Assembly: GCA_963667725.2 (NCBI GenBank)
Contig: CAXXHO010000005.1
Span: 96,001-160,000, forward strand
Length of the DNA stretch: 64,000 bases
Direction of reading: 5' to 3'
Source of the DNA: Treponemataceae bacterium
Lineage (GTDB): Bacteria > Spirochaetota > Spirochaetia > Treponematales > Rectinemataceae
Position numbers and translations under genes: made by a program. The notes under the pieces were generated by a model. It did no database searches and was not told where the DNA came from. It saw only the letters and a program-made list of their open reading frames with translations. This document shows positions 9,399 to 18,790 of the stretch, one piece after another; within the stretch, counting starts at the first letter, position 1; each line of letters begins with the position of its first letter.

Positions 9399-12300
9399 TG
9401 ACCCAGCGTCCCGACTTTTGCCTCACCGTCGATTACGAGGTCTTGGAATACCCTGCCGAGTCCGGGAGAAATCGGAAGCCGAGTTTTGCCCGCGAGATGA
9501 TCGAACCTACCGCGTTACTCCTGGAGCTGGCAGAACAACGTGGCTGTCCGGTGACGATTTTTGTTGAAGTAGCGGAACTGGCGTTTTGGGAAGCGCATGG
9601 ACATCGGGAGATTGCCGCTGTGCGGGAGCAGGTCAGAGGAGCGTATGCCCGCGGGCACGATGTGCAGCTCCATTTGCATCCCAGGTGGCTGATGTCCCGA
9701 GGTGCACACTACGACGGGCATGCGGACTGTGTCCGGTTTGCTGACAGAAAGCTTGTCGCCGAACTGCAAGCAGCCGATGTGGAACGTGAACTGGCGTGGG
9801 CTACCGATTTCCTGCGGGGGATGACCCCCGAGGCAGGCGGGACCTACGCGCCGACCGTATTTCGGGCCGGGAAACTGCAGATACAACCGCATCGAGCTGT
9901 GTTTGACGCTTTGCACAGGCTTGGCTACGAAGGTGACAGCAGCGCTTGCAAATGCATGTACGCGTCCGGCTATGAAGGTGGAGCGGGGTACGACTTCCGT
10001 CACATGTGGACGGAGCACCAGCCGTACTATCCATGCCGGGAAGACATCAACATCCCCGCCGACCCGGGCGAGCCGCTAGGGCTGATCGAAGTGCCGATCT
10101 TCTCCGCCCGCGGGCAACAGTTGAGCCTGGACATTCTGTGCGCGGCGGATTTGCGGGATATGCTCCAGGGCTTCGACGGATCGGTTGCGCTGGCGATCAG
10201 TCACTCGAAAATCATTCGGCCCAATCTGGCCAACGTCGCGGCATTTCTCGATTGGGCATCCTCAAGGTTCCGGTTTACCCGGCTTCGGGATTCGGTCGCC
10301 AGGGCGCGCCGGGAACTCACTGCGGACGCAATCGCCGAACAACGGACCAAGGCGATTGTGGGCTACCGCTCCTCGCTGCCGGATATTCCCAGCATTGTCT
10401 CGACGCTCAACCGGCGCCGCTCGCTGCGCTTGGCCCGCATCACGTCGGTGGTGCGCGATTTGCTCGCCGTTCGGGGGCGGGTGCGCATCCTGGACTGGAA
10501 TTGCGGCACGGGAGAGGCGTTCGCACTTCCACTGGCGGCTGAGTTTGATGGAGAAGAACGGGTGGCCATCACGGGGTACGACCCCGATGAGGCCAGCATC
10601 CTGCGGGCCAGGTTGCGCGGGTTGCCTGGCGCCTGTTTCACCTCATCGAAGAATGATTTCGGCGATCGGCTGTTTGACCTGGTCGTCTGTACCGATCTGA
10701 GGCTTACGGGAGGCGACGACGGGGCAAGCATACTGACGCAGGTAGCTGCTTTCGTGGCCGCCGGCGGTTTGCTTTGCATCTCGGTTGACGACCGCCCTCG
10801 CATTTCGGTCGTGGCGGAGCTGCTCGTTCGATACACCAGGGCTAAAGTCCTTGCGTTTCCACGTGCTGTACACACTCTGATTGCTGTCAAGGTGCGCCTG
10901 CGTCGGGCCCTGGGCCGGCGGAGCAGCCGGCTCGCTCCAGCGCAATCGCCAGTTCACCGGCCCTTGGCACGAGTGCTGAACGCCGGCGCCAGGGTGACGC
11001 CCGGATGCGGAGAAGTGATTCACGCGGCGCTGGCCGCGGGGTTCAGAGAGGTGAGGGGCGATGAGCCGAATTGGGCAGGTCACCTGAAGCGGATGGTGAA
11101 GCAGGGTCGAAAACCCGGTGACGTTATGTTCTTCTCAACCCAAGATGCACCCGTCCCGCCTGCTCCGCACTCGCCGCCGGATACGGGCATGTGGGACGCG
11201 GTGCGGTCGCACGCAAAGCAGGCGGCTCTTCTGATTGGGGGCCAAGGCATCAACCTCGCCTCACTGGTTGCTCTCCAGCGGCTGCTGCATAACACGATGG
11301 GGGTAGAAGTCCTCGGACAGTTCACTTTTCTCGTCGGTATTCACACCGTGATCTCGCTTGGTGCGGAGTCCGGGTGGGGACCCTCGGTCTCACGCGAGGT
11401 AGCGCTTGCAAAAGATTCTGCCGGAGAATCGCGCCTGGCCCGCGCTCTTCTCCACTTCCTCTGGAAGCCGGTGGCAGTTCAGGGTCTATTGGGTTGTCTG
11501 GCAGCTGTGTTCCTCTGGTATTTCCGGGCACCCAGCCTCCTTGGTCCGGGCCTCGTATTGGCAGCGCTCTCTGCAGGATTTCCTGCCTGCATCAGCATCC
11601 GCGACCTGCTCCAGGGAAAAGGAGACAATCTCGGGCTCGCCGTCGTGTATGGCGGACCCACCGCGCTAGCGTTCCTGTTCCTGCTCGCGTTAACGATCAC
11701 GGGGCAAGGCAATCTCACGATGACTGTCGCGGCGTATGCGCTGGCGCAGGCTCTGGCCGCGGTGCTCGGGCTGTTTCGTGTAGGGGCTTTCTCGGCTCTG
11801 AATCGAACGGCAGTTGAGAACCTGGCGCAGGCGCGTTCGGAATATGGCCGGAACATCTGGCTGGGACGCCAGGTGGCCGTTGGCGGATACATCATTGACA
11901 CGCCTCTGCTGGGGATCTGGGGAGCGCCGTCCGCCGTGGCCCATTATGCAATCGCAAAATCCATTTGCAATCCAATGGGAGTGGGATTTGGCCTTGTCGC
12001 ACAACCTCTATTTCGCAGCATGGCCAAAAGGTCCGCCTTGCCAAGATCCTGGCAATACCTTACATGGGCCGGTGCGGCCGGTGCGACTGTCAGTCTGATC
12101 GCGGTGGGGCCGCTGATCGTCAATCTCGTATATCGCGTTTCCTCGCCCAGGATGGATGCGATGCTGGTCGTCCAATCGGGTACGGCCGGGTGTATTGCGG
12201 TTTACTCACTCTATAACCAGTTTTTGAGCGCCCAGGGATGCGGCCAGATTCTCCGGAAGGGCGGGTTCACCATGGGTATCGTCTCGGCCGCGGCCAATAT

Positions 12301-12475
12301 TCTGCTGATCCCGTGCTTCGGCGCACTGGGTGCCTGCCTAGCGTCCCTGGCTTCGTGCCTGTTCTGGCTGGTCTACTGCTGCGGTTCGTACTTGCGGCGC
12401 GCAGAAGGGGGAACGGCAACAACTCAAGCCCAGGTCCCGGATCACGAGGCCGCCCCCGAAACAGCTGTTCTTTAG
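9398..12475 (+). CDS. Fusion of polysaccharide deacetylase-like domain, class I SAM methyltransferase domain and Wzx-like flippase
   Basis: LTVDYE, DVQLHLHP, FRAG (deacetylase); RILDWNCGTG, FDLVVC (MTase); C-terminal multi-TM region ending ANILLIPCFGALGACLAS (Wzx). ATG at 9398 overlaps the asnB TAA. Confidence 0.75.
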   Translation: MTQRPDFCLTVDYEVLEYPAESGRNRKPSFAREMIEPTALLLELAEQRGCPVTIFVEVAELAFWEAHGHREIAAVREQVRGAYARGHDVQLHLHPRWLMSRGAHYDGHADCVRFADRKLVAELQAADVERELAWATDFLRGMTPEAGGTYAPTVFRAGKLQIQPHRAVFDALHRLGYEGDSSACKCMYASGYEGGAGYDFRHMWTEHQPYYPCREDINIPADPGEPLGLIEVPIFSARGQQLSLDILCAADLRDMLQGFDGSVALAISHSKIIRPNLANVAAFLDWASSRFRFTRLRDSVARARRELTADAIAEQRTKAIVGYRSSLPDIPSIVSTLNRRRSLRLARITSVVRDLLAVRGRVRILDWNCGTGEAFALPLAAEFDGEERVAITGYDPDEASILRARLRGLPGACFTSSKNDFGDRLFDLVVCTDLRLTGGDDGASILTQVAAFVAAGGLLCISVDDRPRISVVAELLVRYTRAKVLAFPRAVHTLIAVKVRLRRALGRRSSRLAPAQSPVHRPLARVLNAGARVTPGCGEVIHAALAAGFREVRGDEPNWAGHLKRMVKQGRKPGDVMFFSTQDAPVPPAPHSPPDTGMWDAVRSHAKQAALLIGGQGINLASLVALQRLLHNTMGVEVLGQFTFLVGIHTVISLGAESGWGPSVSREVALAKDSAGESRLARALLHFLWKPVAVQGLLGCLAAVFLWYFRAPSLLGPGLVLAALSAGFPACISIRDLLQGKGDNLGLAVVYGGPTALAFLFLLALTITGQGNLTMTVAAYALAQALAAVLGLFRVGAFSALNRTAVENLAQARSEYGRNIWLGRQVAVGGYIIDTPLLGIWGAPSAVAHYAIAKSICNPMGVGFGLVAQPLFRSMAKRSALPRSWQYLTWAGAAGATVSLIAVGPLIVNLVYRVSSPRMDAMLVVQSGTAGCIAVYSLYNQFLSAQGCGQILRKGGFTMGIVSAAANILLIPCFGALGACLASLASCLFWLVYCCGSYLRRAEGGTATTQAQVPDHEAAPETAVL

Positions 12476-12513
12476 AAGCCGTCGCGGCAACGCTAACTCT
12501 CCCGTTCGAAAGT

Positions 12514-13257
12514 ATGCTGAATTCCAGAAACAGCGGCGACGTCCAGCGCCATCTCGCCCAAGTCACCAAGGAGTGGGACCGATCCGCAGCATCCCCCAGC
12601 CGGGTGGCGGCAGTGCATCTGACCGATGATGGCAAGCCTCTCGACGAATCCGTCTATGACCGCATTCTTGAGTGCATTGACCGGGTAGTACGGCTGAAAG
12701 CGTCCGATCGGGTTCTTGAGGTTGGTGCGGGCTCCGGTCTGCTCCTCGAACGCATTGCCGATCGAGTAGAGGAAGCGGTGGGAACGGACATTTCGAAGCG
12801 CATCCTCGATTTGGTACCGCCCCGAGAGAATCTGCGTGTGACCCAGATGGCGTCCGACCGTCTGGACTTTCCTGACGCCACGTTCGATGCCGTGGTGAGC
12901 TATAGCGTCAGCTTATACTTCCCTAATCTCGAGTACGCTCGCAGGTGCTGCGCTGAGATGCTCCGGGTCTGCAAGCCAGGCGGCTGCGTTTATATCGGGG
13001 ATATCCTGAACGGCTATCTGGAATCGGCGTTCAGGGCCCAGGAAGCGCGGACCTTGAGCACCGGAATCAAGCTAAAGCGGATTGGCAACAGGCTGCTTCA
13101 TCGCGGCACGCCCAGGTATCTGTTTATCGAACCCTCTCAACTAGAATCCTGGGCCGGGGAGTTGGGTGCCGCTGCTTTCTCTGCGTACGTCCAAACCACG
13201 GAGGCCAAACCTCTTTTTCACAGACAGTTCAGATATGATGCAGCCTTCTGGAAATAG
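12514..13257 (+). CDS. Class I SAM-dependent methyltransferase
   Basis: VLEVGAGSG, GTDIS, FDAVVSYSV and RVCKPGG motifs; start chosen at ATG 12514 after the flippase stop. Confidence 0.85.
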   Translation: MLNSRNSGDVQRHLAQVTKEWDRSAASPSRVAAVHLTDDGKPLDESVYDRILECIDRVVRLKASDRVLEVGAGSGLLLERIADRVEEAVGTDISKRILDLVPPRENLRVTQMASDRLDFPDATFDAVVSYSVSLYFPNLEYARRCCAEMLRVCKPGGCVYIGDILNGYLESAFRAQEARTLSTGIKLKRIGNRLLHRGTPRYLFIEPSQLESWAGELGAAAFSAYVQTTEAKPLFHRQFRYDAAFWK

Positions 13258-14509
13258 CGACCGGCGGCGAACGACGTATATCGCGATTCTTGTCGCATCG
13301 CTATTGACTGCGCTCCCGCTGGAGTTGGGATCGTTTGCAGGGGCCGCGGTCGCCTGTCCGGATTTGGTTGCGCCATTGGCTCTTCCTGCCCTGCTGCGTG
13401 CGCCTAGGAAATACACGGCCGGATTCGTTCTTCTGGTGGTTTTGGCTCTGTTTTCGGCAGGGACGGTGGCGACGATTTCCGAAACGGACACGATTCGCCC
13501 GTGGTTGTCCATTGGCTACTTTTTCAAGCCCATGCTGCTCTTCTTCGCGGGTTACCGGCTCCTGGCGACCAGAGCCAGACTGGTCTTCTCGCTCAAGGTG
13601 GCAGCGGCAGTGTCGTCAGCCGTGGCTACGTGCCTTGTGATTGAACAGGTGGTTACGGGAGTTCCATTTCTTCTGCCCGGAGAAGCTGCGGTCCTCGGTC
13701 TTACGTTCCTCGGGATACCGCTGTTCGGCGCTACAGGGGTGAATGCTTTGGCGGTTACGTTCGTAGTGTTGGGCCTGCTCGCCGGCACGCTGGTCTCCGA
13801 GACACGTTCGCCCCTGTTGCGGGTCCTGTACATCAGTGGAGGCTGCGCGGTGGCGGTTCTGGTCGCGGCAACGGCTTCCCGACAGGCAATGATTGGGCTC
13901 GCGATCGGCGTGGGCCTGATCCTGATGCTCAGTGGGGCGCGGCGTGGTCTGGTGTTGGCGGTTTGTCTCGTGGCGGTCGGGTGTTTTGTCGTTCAGGACA
14001 CCTCTCTCGCATTCTCTGAGCTGTTGCGCGTCAAACTCCAGGACAACATGGACCGGATCCATGAACGCGAATTCGGCGCGCTGACCACCGGACGGCTGGA
14101 ATTAGCGGGGCTGATGGTCGAGGATCTCGTTCGCAATCCGATCACCGGAAACGGCTTTCACGGATTTCAGCTCTTTCGTAGCGTATGGGGTTCGGAAGAC
14201 GTTACCGGTGTAAGCCCGCATCAGCAATATCTCGGCGCCTTTTGGAAGATGGGGATCGTGGGCGGAGCTGTGTATCTGGCATTTCTGTCTCGGATGGTGC
14301 TCCCTCTCTGGCGGTTGCGATTGCGCGAGCGGCGCGACCCGATCTGGGCAGCGCTCGTGTCCGTGACCGCATTGACGCTCGTGTGGTTCTGCATGGTCCA
14401 GGACGCATTGACCTTCCCGCTCACAGGATCGTTTCTGATGTGGTGTTGGGGAGGAGCCGCGCATATCTACGCGAGCCAGCCGCAACCAGTGGTCACGACG
14501 CAGAAGTGA
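13235..14509 (+). CDS. O-antigen ligase / Wzy polymerase family membrane protein
   Basis: Many TM segments with TASRQA, TGRLEL, NPITGNGF and SPHQQYL..GIVG (Wzy_C-like). Confidence 0.8.
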   Translation: MMQPSGNSDRRRTTYIAILVASLLTALPLELGSFAGAAVACPDLVAPLALPALLRAPRKYTAGFVLLVVLALFSAGTVATISETDTIRPWLSIGYFFKPMLLFFAGYRLLATRARLVFSLKVAAAVSSAVATCLVIEQVVTGVPFLLPGEAAVLGLTFLGIPLFGATGVNALAVTFVVLGLLAGTLVSETRSPLLRVLYISGGCAVAVLVAATASRQAMIGLAIGVGLILMLSGARRGLVLAVCLVAVGCFVVQDTSLAFSELLRVKLQDNMDRIHEREFGALTTGRLELAGLMVEDLVRNPITGNGFHGFQLFRSVWGSEDVTGVSPHQQYLGAFWKMGIVGGAVYLAFLSRMVLPLWRLRLRERRDPIWAALVSVTALTLVWFCMVQDALTFPLTGSFLMWCWGGAAHIYASQPQPVVTTQK

Positions 14510-14515
14510 GGAATC

Positions 14516-15673
14516 GTGCAGAACCGTCCTTTTCGAATCTGCTTTCTTTCGGCGAAGCATCCGCCTTTCGATAAGCGCGTGTTCGACAAAGAGGCCGTCA
14601 CCTTGGCGGGAGCGAAGTTCGATGTGGTTCATCTGGCGCCGGCGGAGTTTGGCTGTGAGCGCCGGAGTGGAGTCGAGATCCGCACCTATGCGCCGCCGGC
14701 CGGCTTGTTCGGGCGGATGCTCCAGTTGCGTGCGCTATATCGGAAGGCGTCCGCGATCGATGCCGATTGTTACCACTGCAACGAGATGGACTCCTGGTTG
14801 GTTGGGGTGCTGTTGAAGCTTCTGCGCGGCAAGCGGCTTGTGTTCGATGTTCATGAGCACTATCCAAGCACCTTTGCGGAGTCTCGCTTTCCCGTCTGGC
14901 TGCGGCCGATCATGATGCTGCTCGTCAAAGTATGGATTCGCGTGCAGGTGTGCTTTACGGACTCCGTTGTGCTCGCAAAGGGCAGCGTCGGTGAAGATTA
15001 CCAGTCGGCCCGCAGCAAAGTGCTCGTCCAGAATTTCACTCCGGTGCAGCAGATGCGAACGAATGGTGCCGCCGCAACCCGGAGCGGGCGAATGTGGGCC
15101 GTTCACTTGGGGTTGATTAGCAAGGTTCGCGGATGGCCGCAGATGCTCGATGCCCTGGAGCGTTCCGAGACCGATATCGGGCTCTGGATTATCGGAACCT
15201 TCAACGATGGTTCAGGCCGGGAATTTGAGGAACGTGTGCGGGAGATGGGTATAGGACACCGGATCCGGGTGGAAGGGTGGCTCCCCTTCGACCGGGTCAT
15301 GGAGCGACTGCTCGTCGCCGACATGGGGCTTGTGCTCTTTCAACCCGGTATCCGCAACCATGTCATGGCCTCACCGCACAAGATCTTCGACTATATGCAG
15401 GCGGGCCTGCCGGTGATCGCGCCTGATTTCGCGACCGAAGTCGCGGCCGTCGTGCAGGACTCAGGTTGCGGTGTTCTGGTCAATCCCGCGGATCCGGGGG
15501 AAATCGCCCGTGCCCTCGACCGGATCGCGGGGAACCCGGCCGAACGTGAGCGCATGGGCCGGGCGGGCCGTCTGGCAGTCGAGGAGAAGTATAACTGGGA
15601 GGCCGAGGGCATCAAGCTTGTTCGGCTGTACCAGGAGATGAGCGGAAGACTTTCGCATGCTAACAGTCGATGA
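14516..15673 (+). CDS. Glycosyltransferase family 4
   Basis: HPPFDKRVF, DVHEHYP and SPHKIFDYMQAGLPVI motifs. Confidence 0.9.
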   Translation: MQNRPFRICFLSAKHPPFDKRVFDKEAVTLAGAKFDVVHLAPAEFGCERRSGVEIRTYAPPAGLFGRMLQLRALYRKASAIDADCYHCNEMDSWLVGVLLKLLRGKRLVFDVHEHYPSTFAESRFPVWLRPIMMLLVKVWIRVQVCFTDSVVLAKGSVGEDYQSARSKVLVQNFTPVQQMRTNGAAATRSGRMWAVHLGLISKVRGWPQMLDALERSETDIGLWIIGTFNDGSGREFEERVREMGIGHRIRVEGWLPFDRVMERLLVADMGLVLFQPGIRNHVMASPHKIFDYMQAGLPVIAPDFATEVAAVVQDSGCGVLVNPADPGEIARALDRIAGNPAERERMGRAGRLAVEEKYNWEAEGIKLVRLYQEMSGRLSHANSR

Positions 15674-16601
15674 GGTCAGCCCGCGAACGGCATTGGCGGG
15701 GATGCGCAACGAGTGGGACAGTTTTGATTCCATAAACCCACAGCCGGCAAATAGCTCAGCTTACGGCGCCTACTATGCAAGCGAGCTGCTCTCGCGGCCC
15801 CTGTTTCTCAGGGCGTTTACCGATGGGGTGTTGGTGGCCCAATGGCTTCTATACCTGCGCCGTACGCCGGGGTCGCACTTCCGATTGACGTGTGGAGCGT
15901 TCGCAGGTCCGGAGCTGAGCCGGGAGTCCGAACTCCCGTATGAAACCGTGCTTACCGGTTTTGTGAAACACATCTTCCGGAAGCATGGCCCCTGCAACCT
16001 GCACCTGCTCAGCTACGCACTCGTCAGAGGGATTCCCGAGTCTGCCCTGGCGAGCAGTGGATTCCAGAGAATCGAACAGTATGGCTCATACGTCAACACC
16101 CTCGCCGGCGATGATGGGCTGCGTGAGCAATTCACTTCGAACCGGCGGTATGAGCTTCGCCGGGCGCTCAAGGCGGGCTACGAGTATCGCGTCGGGATCG
16201 CGGCTGGTGACTATCACAAACTGTCGTCGATCAGCTATCGGAGGTCCGGAATGCGGGGCCCGATGCGGCGCACGCTGACGCACATCGAAAAGCACTTGTC
16301 AGGCGGAGGCGTCGCATTCCTGTCCGGCGTCTACGCCGAAGGCGAGTTGAATGTCGCATCGATCATCATTCACCGGGGCAGGACGGCCTATTATCTCTAC
16401 GGCGCTTCGGCGGACCGGAAGGCGCCCGGAGCGACGGCCTATATCCATTACGAAAACATGCGGCATGCGCGTGAGTTGGGAATTCTCGAATATGACTTCG
16501 GCGGCGCACGGGATGTGAATGAGAAGGACCGGTCCCTGGCCGAATTCAAGCGCCAGTTCGGGGGACGCTACATTACCTGCTGCGGTGGAGTCTACCGTTG
16601 A
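15657..16601 (+). CDS. FemAB/GNAT-type N-acyltransferase
   Basis: RRYELRRA, TAYYLYGAS and YDFGG...LAEFKRQFGG, typical of FemAB-related proteins. Confidence 0.75.
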   Translation: MLTVDEVSPRTALAGMRNEWDSFDSINPQPANSSAYGAYYASELLSRPLFLRAFTDGVLVAQWLLYLRRTPGSHFRLTCGAFAGPELSRESELPYETVLTGFVKHIFRKHGPCNLHLLSYALVRGIPESALASSGFQRIEQYGSYVNTLAGDDGLREQFTSNRRYELRRALKAGYEYRVGIAAGDYHKLSSISYRRSGMRGPMRRTLTHIEKHLSGGGVAFLSGVYAEGELNVASIIIHRGRTAYYLYGASADRKAPGATAYIHYENMRHARELGILEYDFGGARDVNEKDRSLAEFKRQFGGRYITCCGGVYR

Positions 16602-16689
16602 CGACAAAGACCGCGATAGGGAAGCCGGGCATAGCGCGGGTCATGACCCCTGGCTACTGGCGGACAGAAGTGCTCTGGAGGCTGGGCTG

Positions 16690-18786
16690 ATGCTGCAAGT
16701 CGTGCAGAACCTGAAATCGGGGATCACAGGCGCGGTCGAATGCCCTGCTCCGTCTGCGAGTCGCGGACGGGTTCTGATCCGGTCCAGTCGCTCGCTGATA
16801 TCGGCCGGAACCGAGCGGATGTTGGTCGAATTCGGTAGAGCCGGCTGGATCGACAAAGCGCGTGCCCAGCCGGACAAAGTCCGCCAGGTCATCGAAAAGA
16901 TTCGCACCGACGGTCTCAGCGCCACGATTGCGTCCGTACAGAGCCGGCTCGATCAGCCGCTGCCGCTGGGGTACTCCAATGCCGGGACGGTGGTCGAGAT
17001 AGGTCCGGGTGTGTCGAACCTCGCTGTCGGGGACCGCGTCATCTCCAATGGCTCGCATGGCGAGTTCGTATCCGTTCCCCAGAACCTGTGTGCGCGAATT
17101 CCGGAAGGTGTCGGTGCCGACCATGCGTGTTTCGGTGTTGCCGGAGCCATCGCGTTGCAGGGGGTCCGGCTGGCTGATCCTTCGCTTGGGGAAACGGTCG
17201 TCGTGATCGGGCTGGGGCTCATGGGACTTCTGACGGTCCAACTGTTGCGCGCGAACGGATGCCGGGTTCTTGGCGTCGATTATGACTCCGCCCGTGTTGA
17301 ACTCGCGTCCAGCTTCGGCGCGGAGGTCGTGAATCTGTCCCGAGGGGAGGACCCGGTGTCCGTCGCGGCGGCATTCTCCCGCGGGCGTGGTGTCGATAGC
17401 GTGCTGATCACGGCGGCCACGAAGTCCTCCGATCCTGTTCATCAGGCGGCGCTCATGTGCCGGAAGCGGGGGCGGATCGTGCTGGTGGGGGTCTCCGGTC
17501 TGGAACTTTCGCGGGACGATTTCTACGAGAAGGAGATTTCTTTCCAGGTCTCCTGCTCTTACGGTGCAGGCCGCTATGACGCGGCTTACGAGTCCGGACA
17601 GGATTACCCGTTTGGCTTTGTCCGATGGACCGCTCAGCGCAATTTTGAGGCGTTTCTGGACGTGCTGGCGACGGGTCAACTCAACCTGGAACCTTTGATC
17701 ACCCACCGGGTGCCGATTGACAGGGCCGCTGAGGCATACGAGTTGCTCTTTTCGAACGAGCCGCACCTCGGCGTTGTCCTGATCTACGATGCCGAACCGT
17801 CATCAATACCTCCAGTTCACTGCATCAACATCGCGCCCTCCGGCTCTCCAACCCGATCTTCCAGTCCGAACGTCGGTGTCATCGGCGCAGGCAATTACGC
17901 TGCAGCCACGCTTCTGCCGGCACTTTCCAGATCCGGCGCGAAACTGAAGGCTATTGCCGATTCCGGAGGGATCAAAGCCGCCCACCAGGCACGTAAATAC
18001 GGCTTCGAGACCGCGATGTCGGACAGTTCGAGCCTGATACACGATCCGGACATTCATGCTGTGTTCATCGCTACACGGCATGATTCCCATGCGGGACTGG
18101 TTTCCGAGGCGCTCGCCGCGGGCAAGCATGTCTTTGTCGAGAAGCCGCTCTGCCTGACCCTCGAACAACTTTGCGAGATCGAGCGGCAGCATGGTTCTCC
18201 GGACGACTCGGGTTCGTTGATCATGGTGGGATTCAACCGGCGCTTTGCCCCCCATATCGAGCGCATGAAGGAGTTGCTTTCCGCGGTTCGTGAACCCAAG
18301 GCGATGGTGATGACGGTGAACGCGGGCGCGATTCCCCCGCAGCACTGGACGCAGCGTGACGAGGGTGGCGGTCGCATCCTGGGAGAAGGCTGTCATTTCA
18401 TCGACTTGCTGCGGTTTCTGGCTGGATCGCCGATCGCCTCGGTCGCGGCAGCCAAAGCTCTGCCGGATGGCGCGACAATTACGCTTACGTTCGCGGACGG
18501 CTCAACCGGGACTTTTCACTACTTTTCCGCTGGCCACAAGTCATACCCGAAAGAGCGTCTCACTGTTTTCTGTCAGGGACGGGTACTGGAACTCGATAAC
18601 TTCATCCGGCTTCGCGGCTGGGGCTGGAAGGGGTTCAGAAAGATGACTCTCTGGCGGCAGGACAAAGGGCATCAGGCTTGTGTGGCGCGCTTCCTTTCTG
18701 CCGTCGGGTCTGGTGGGCCGTCGCCAATTCCGTTCAATGAACTCGTCGAAGTGTCGCGATTTGCGATCGAAGCCGCGTCCCTGTAA
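16690..18786 (+). CDS. Bi-domain oxidoreductase, copy 2 (WeeE-like)
   Basis: SLISAGTERMLVEFG, PLGYSNAG, SCSYGAGRYD, HVFVEKP and GFNRRFAP motifs; GGAGG upstream of ATG 16690. Confidence 0.9.
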   Translation: MLQVVQNLKSGITGAVECPAPSASRGRVLIRSSRSLISAGTERMLVEFGRAGWIDKARAQPDKVRQVIEKIRTDGLSATIASVQSRLDQPLPLGYSNAGTVVEIGPGVSNLAVGDRVISNGSHGEFVSVPQNLCARIPEGVGADHACFGVAGAIALQGVRLADPSLGETVVVIGLGLMGLLTVQLLRANGCRVLGVDYDSARVELASSFGAEVVNLSRGEDPVSVAAAFSRGRGVDSVLITAATKSSDPVHQAALMCRKRGRIVLVGVSGLELSRDDFYEKEISFQVSCSYGAGRYDAAYESGQDYPFGFVRWTAQRNFEAFLDVLATGQLNLEPLITHRVPIDRAAEAYELLFSNEPHLGVVLIYDAEPSSIPPVHCINIAPSGSPTRSSSPNVGVIGAGNYAAATLLPALSRSGAKLKAIADSGGIKAAHQARKYGFETAMSDSSSLIHDPDIHAVFIATRHDSHAGLVSEALAAGKHVFVEKPLCLTLEQLCEIERQHGSPDDSGSLIMVGFNRRFAPHIERMKELLSAVREPKAMVMTVNAGAIPPQHWTQRDEGGGRILGEGCHFIDLLRFLAGSPIASVAAAKALPDGATITLTFADGSTGTFHYFSAGHKSYPKERLTVFCQGRVLELDNFIRLRGWGWKGFRKMTLWRQDKGHQACVARFLSAVGSGGPSPIPFNELVEVSRFAIEAASL

Positions 18787-18790
18787 TTCC

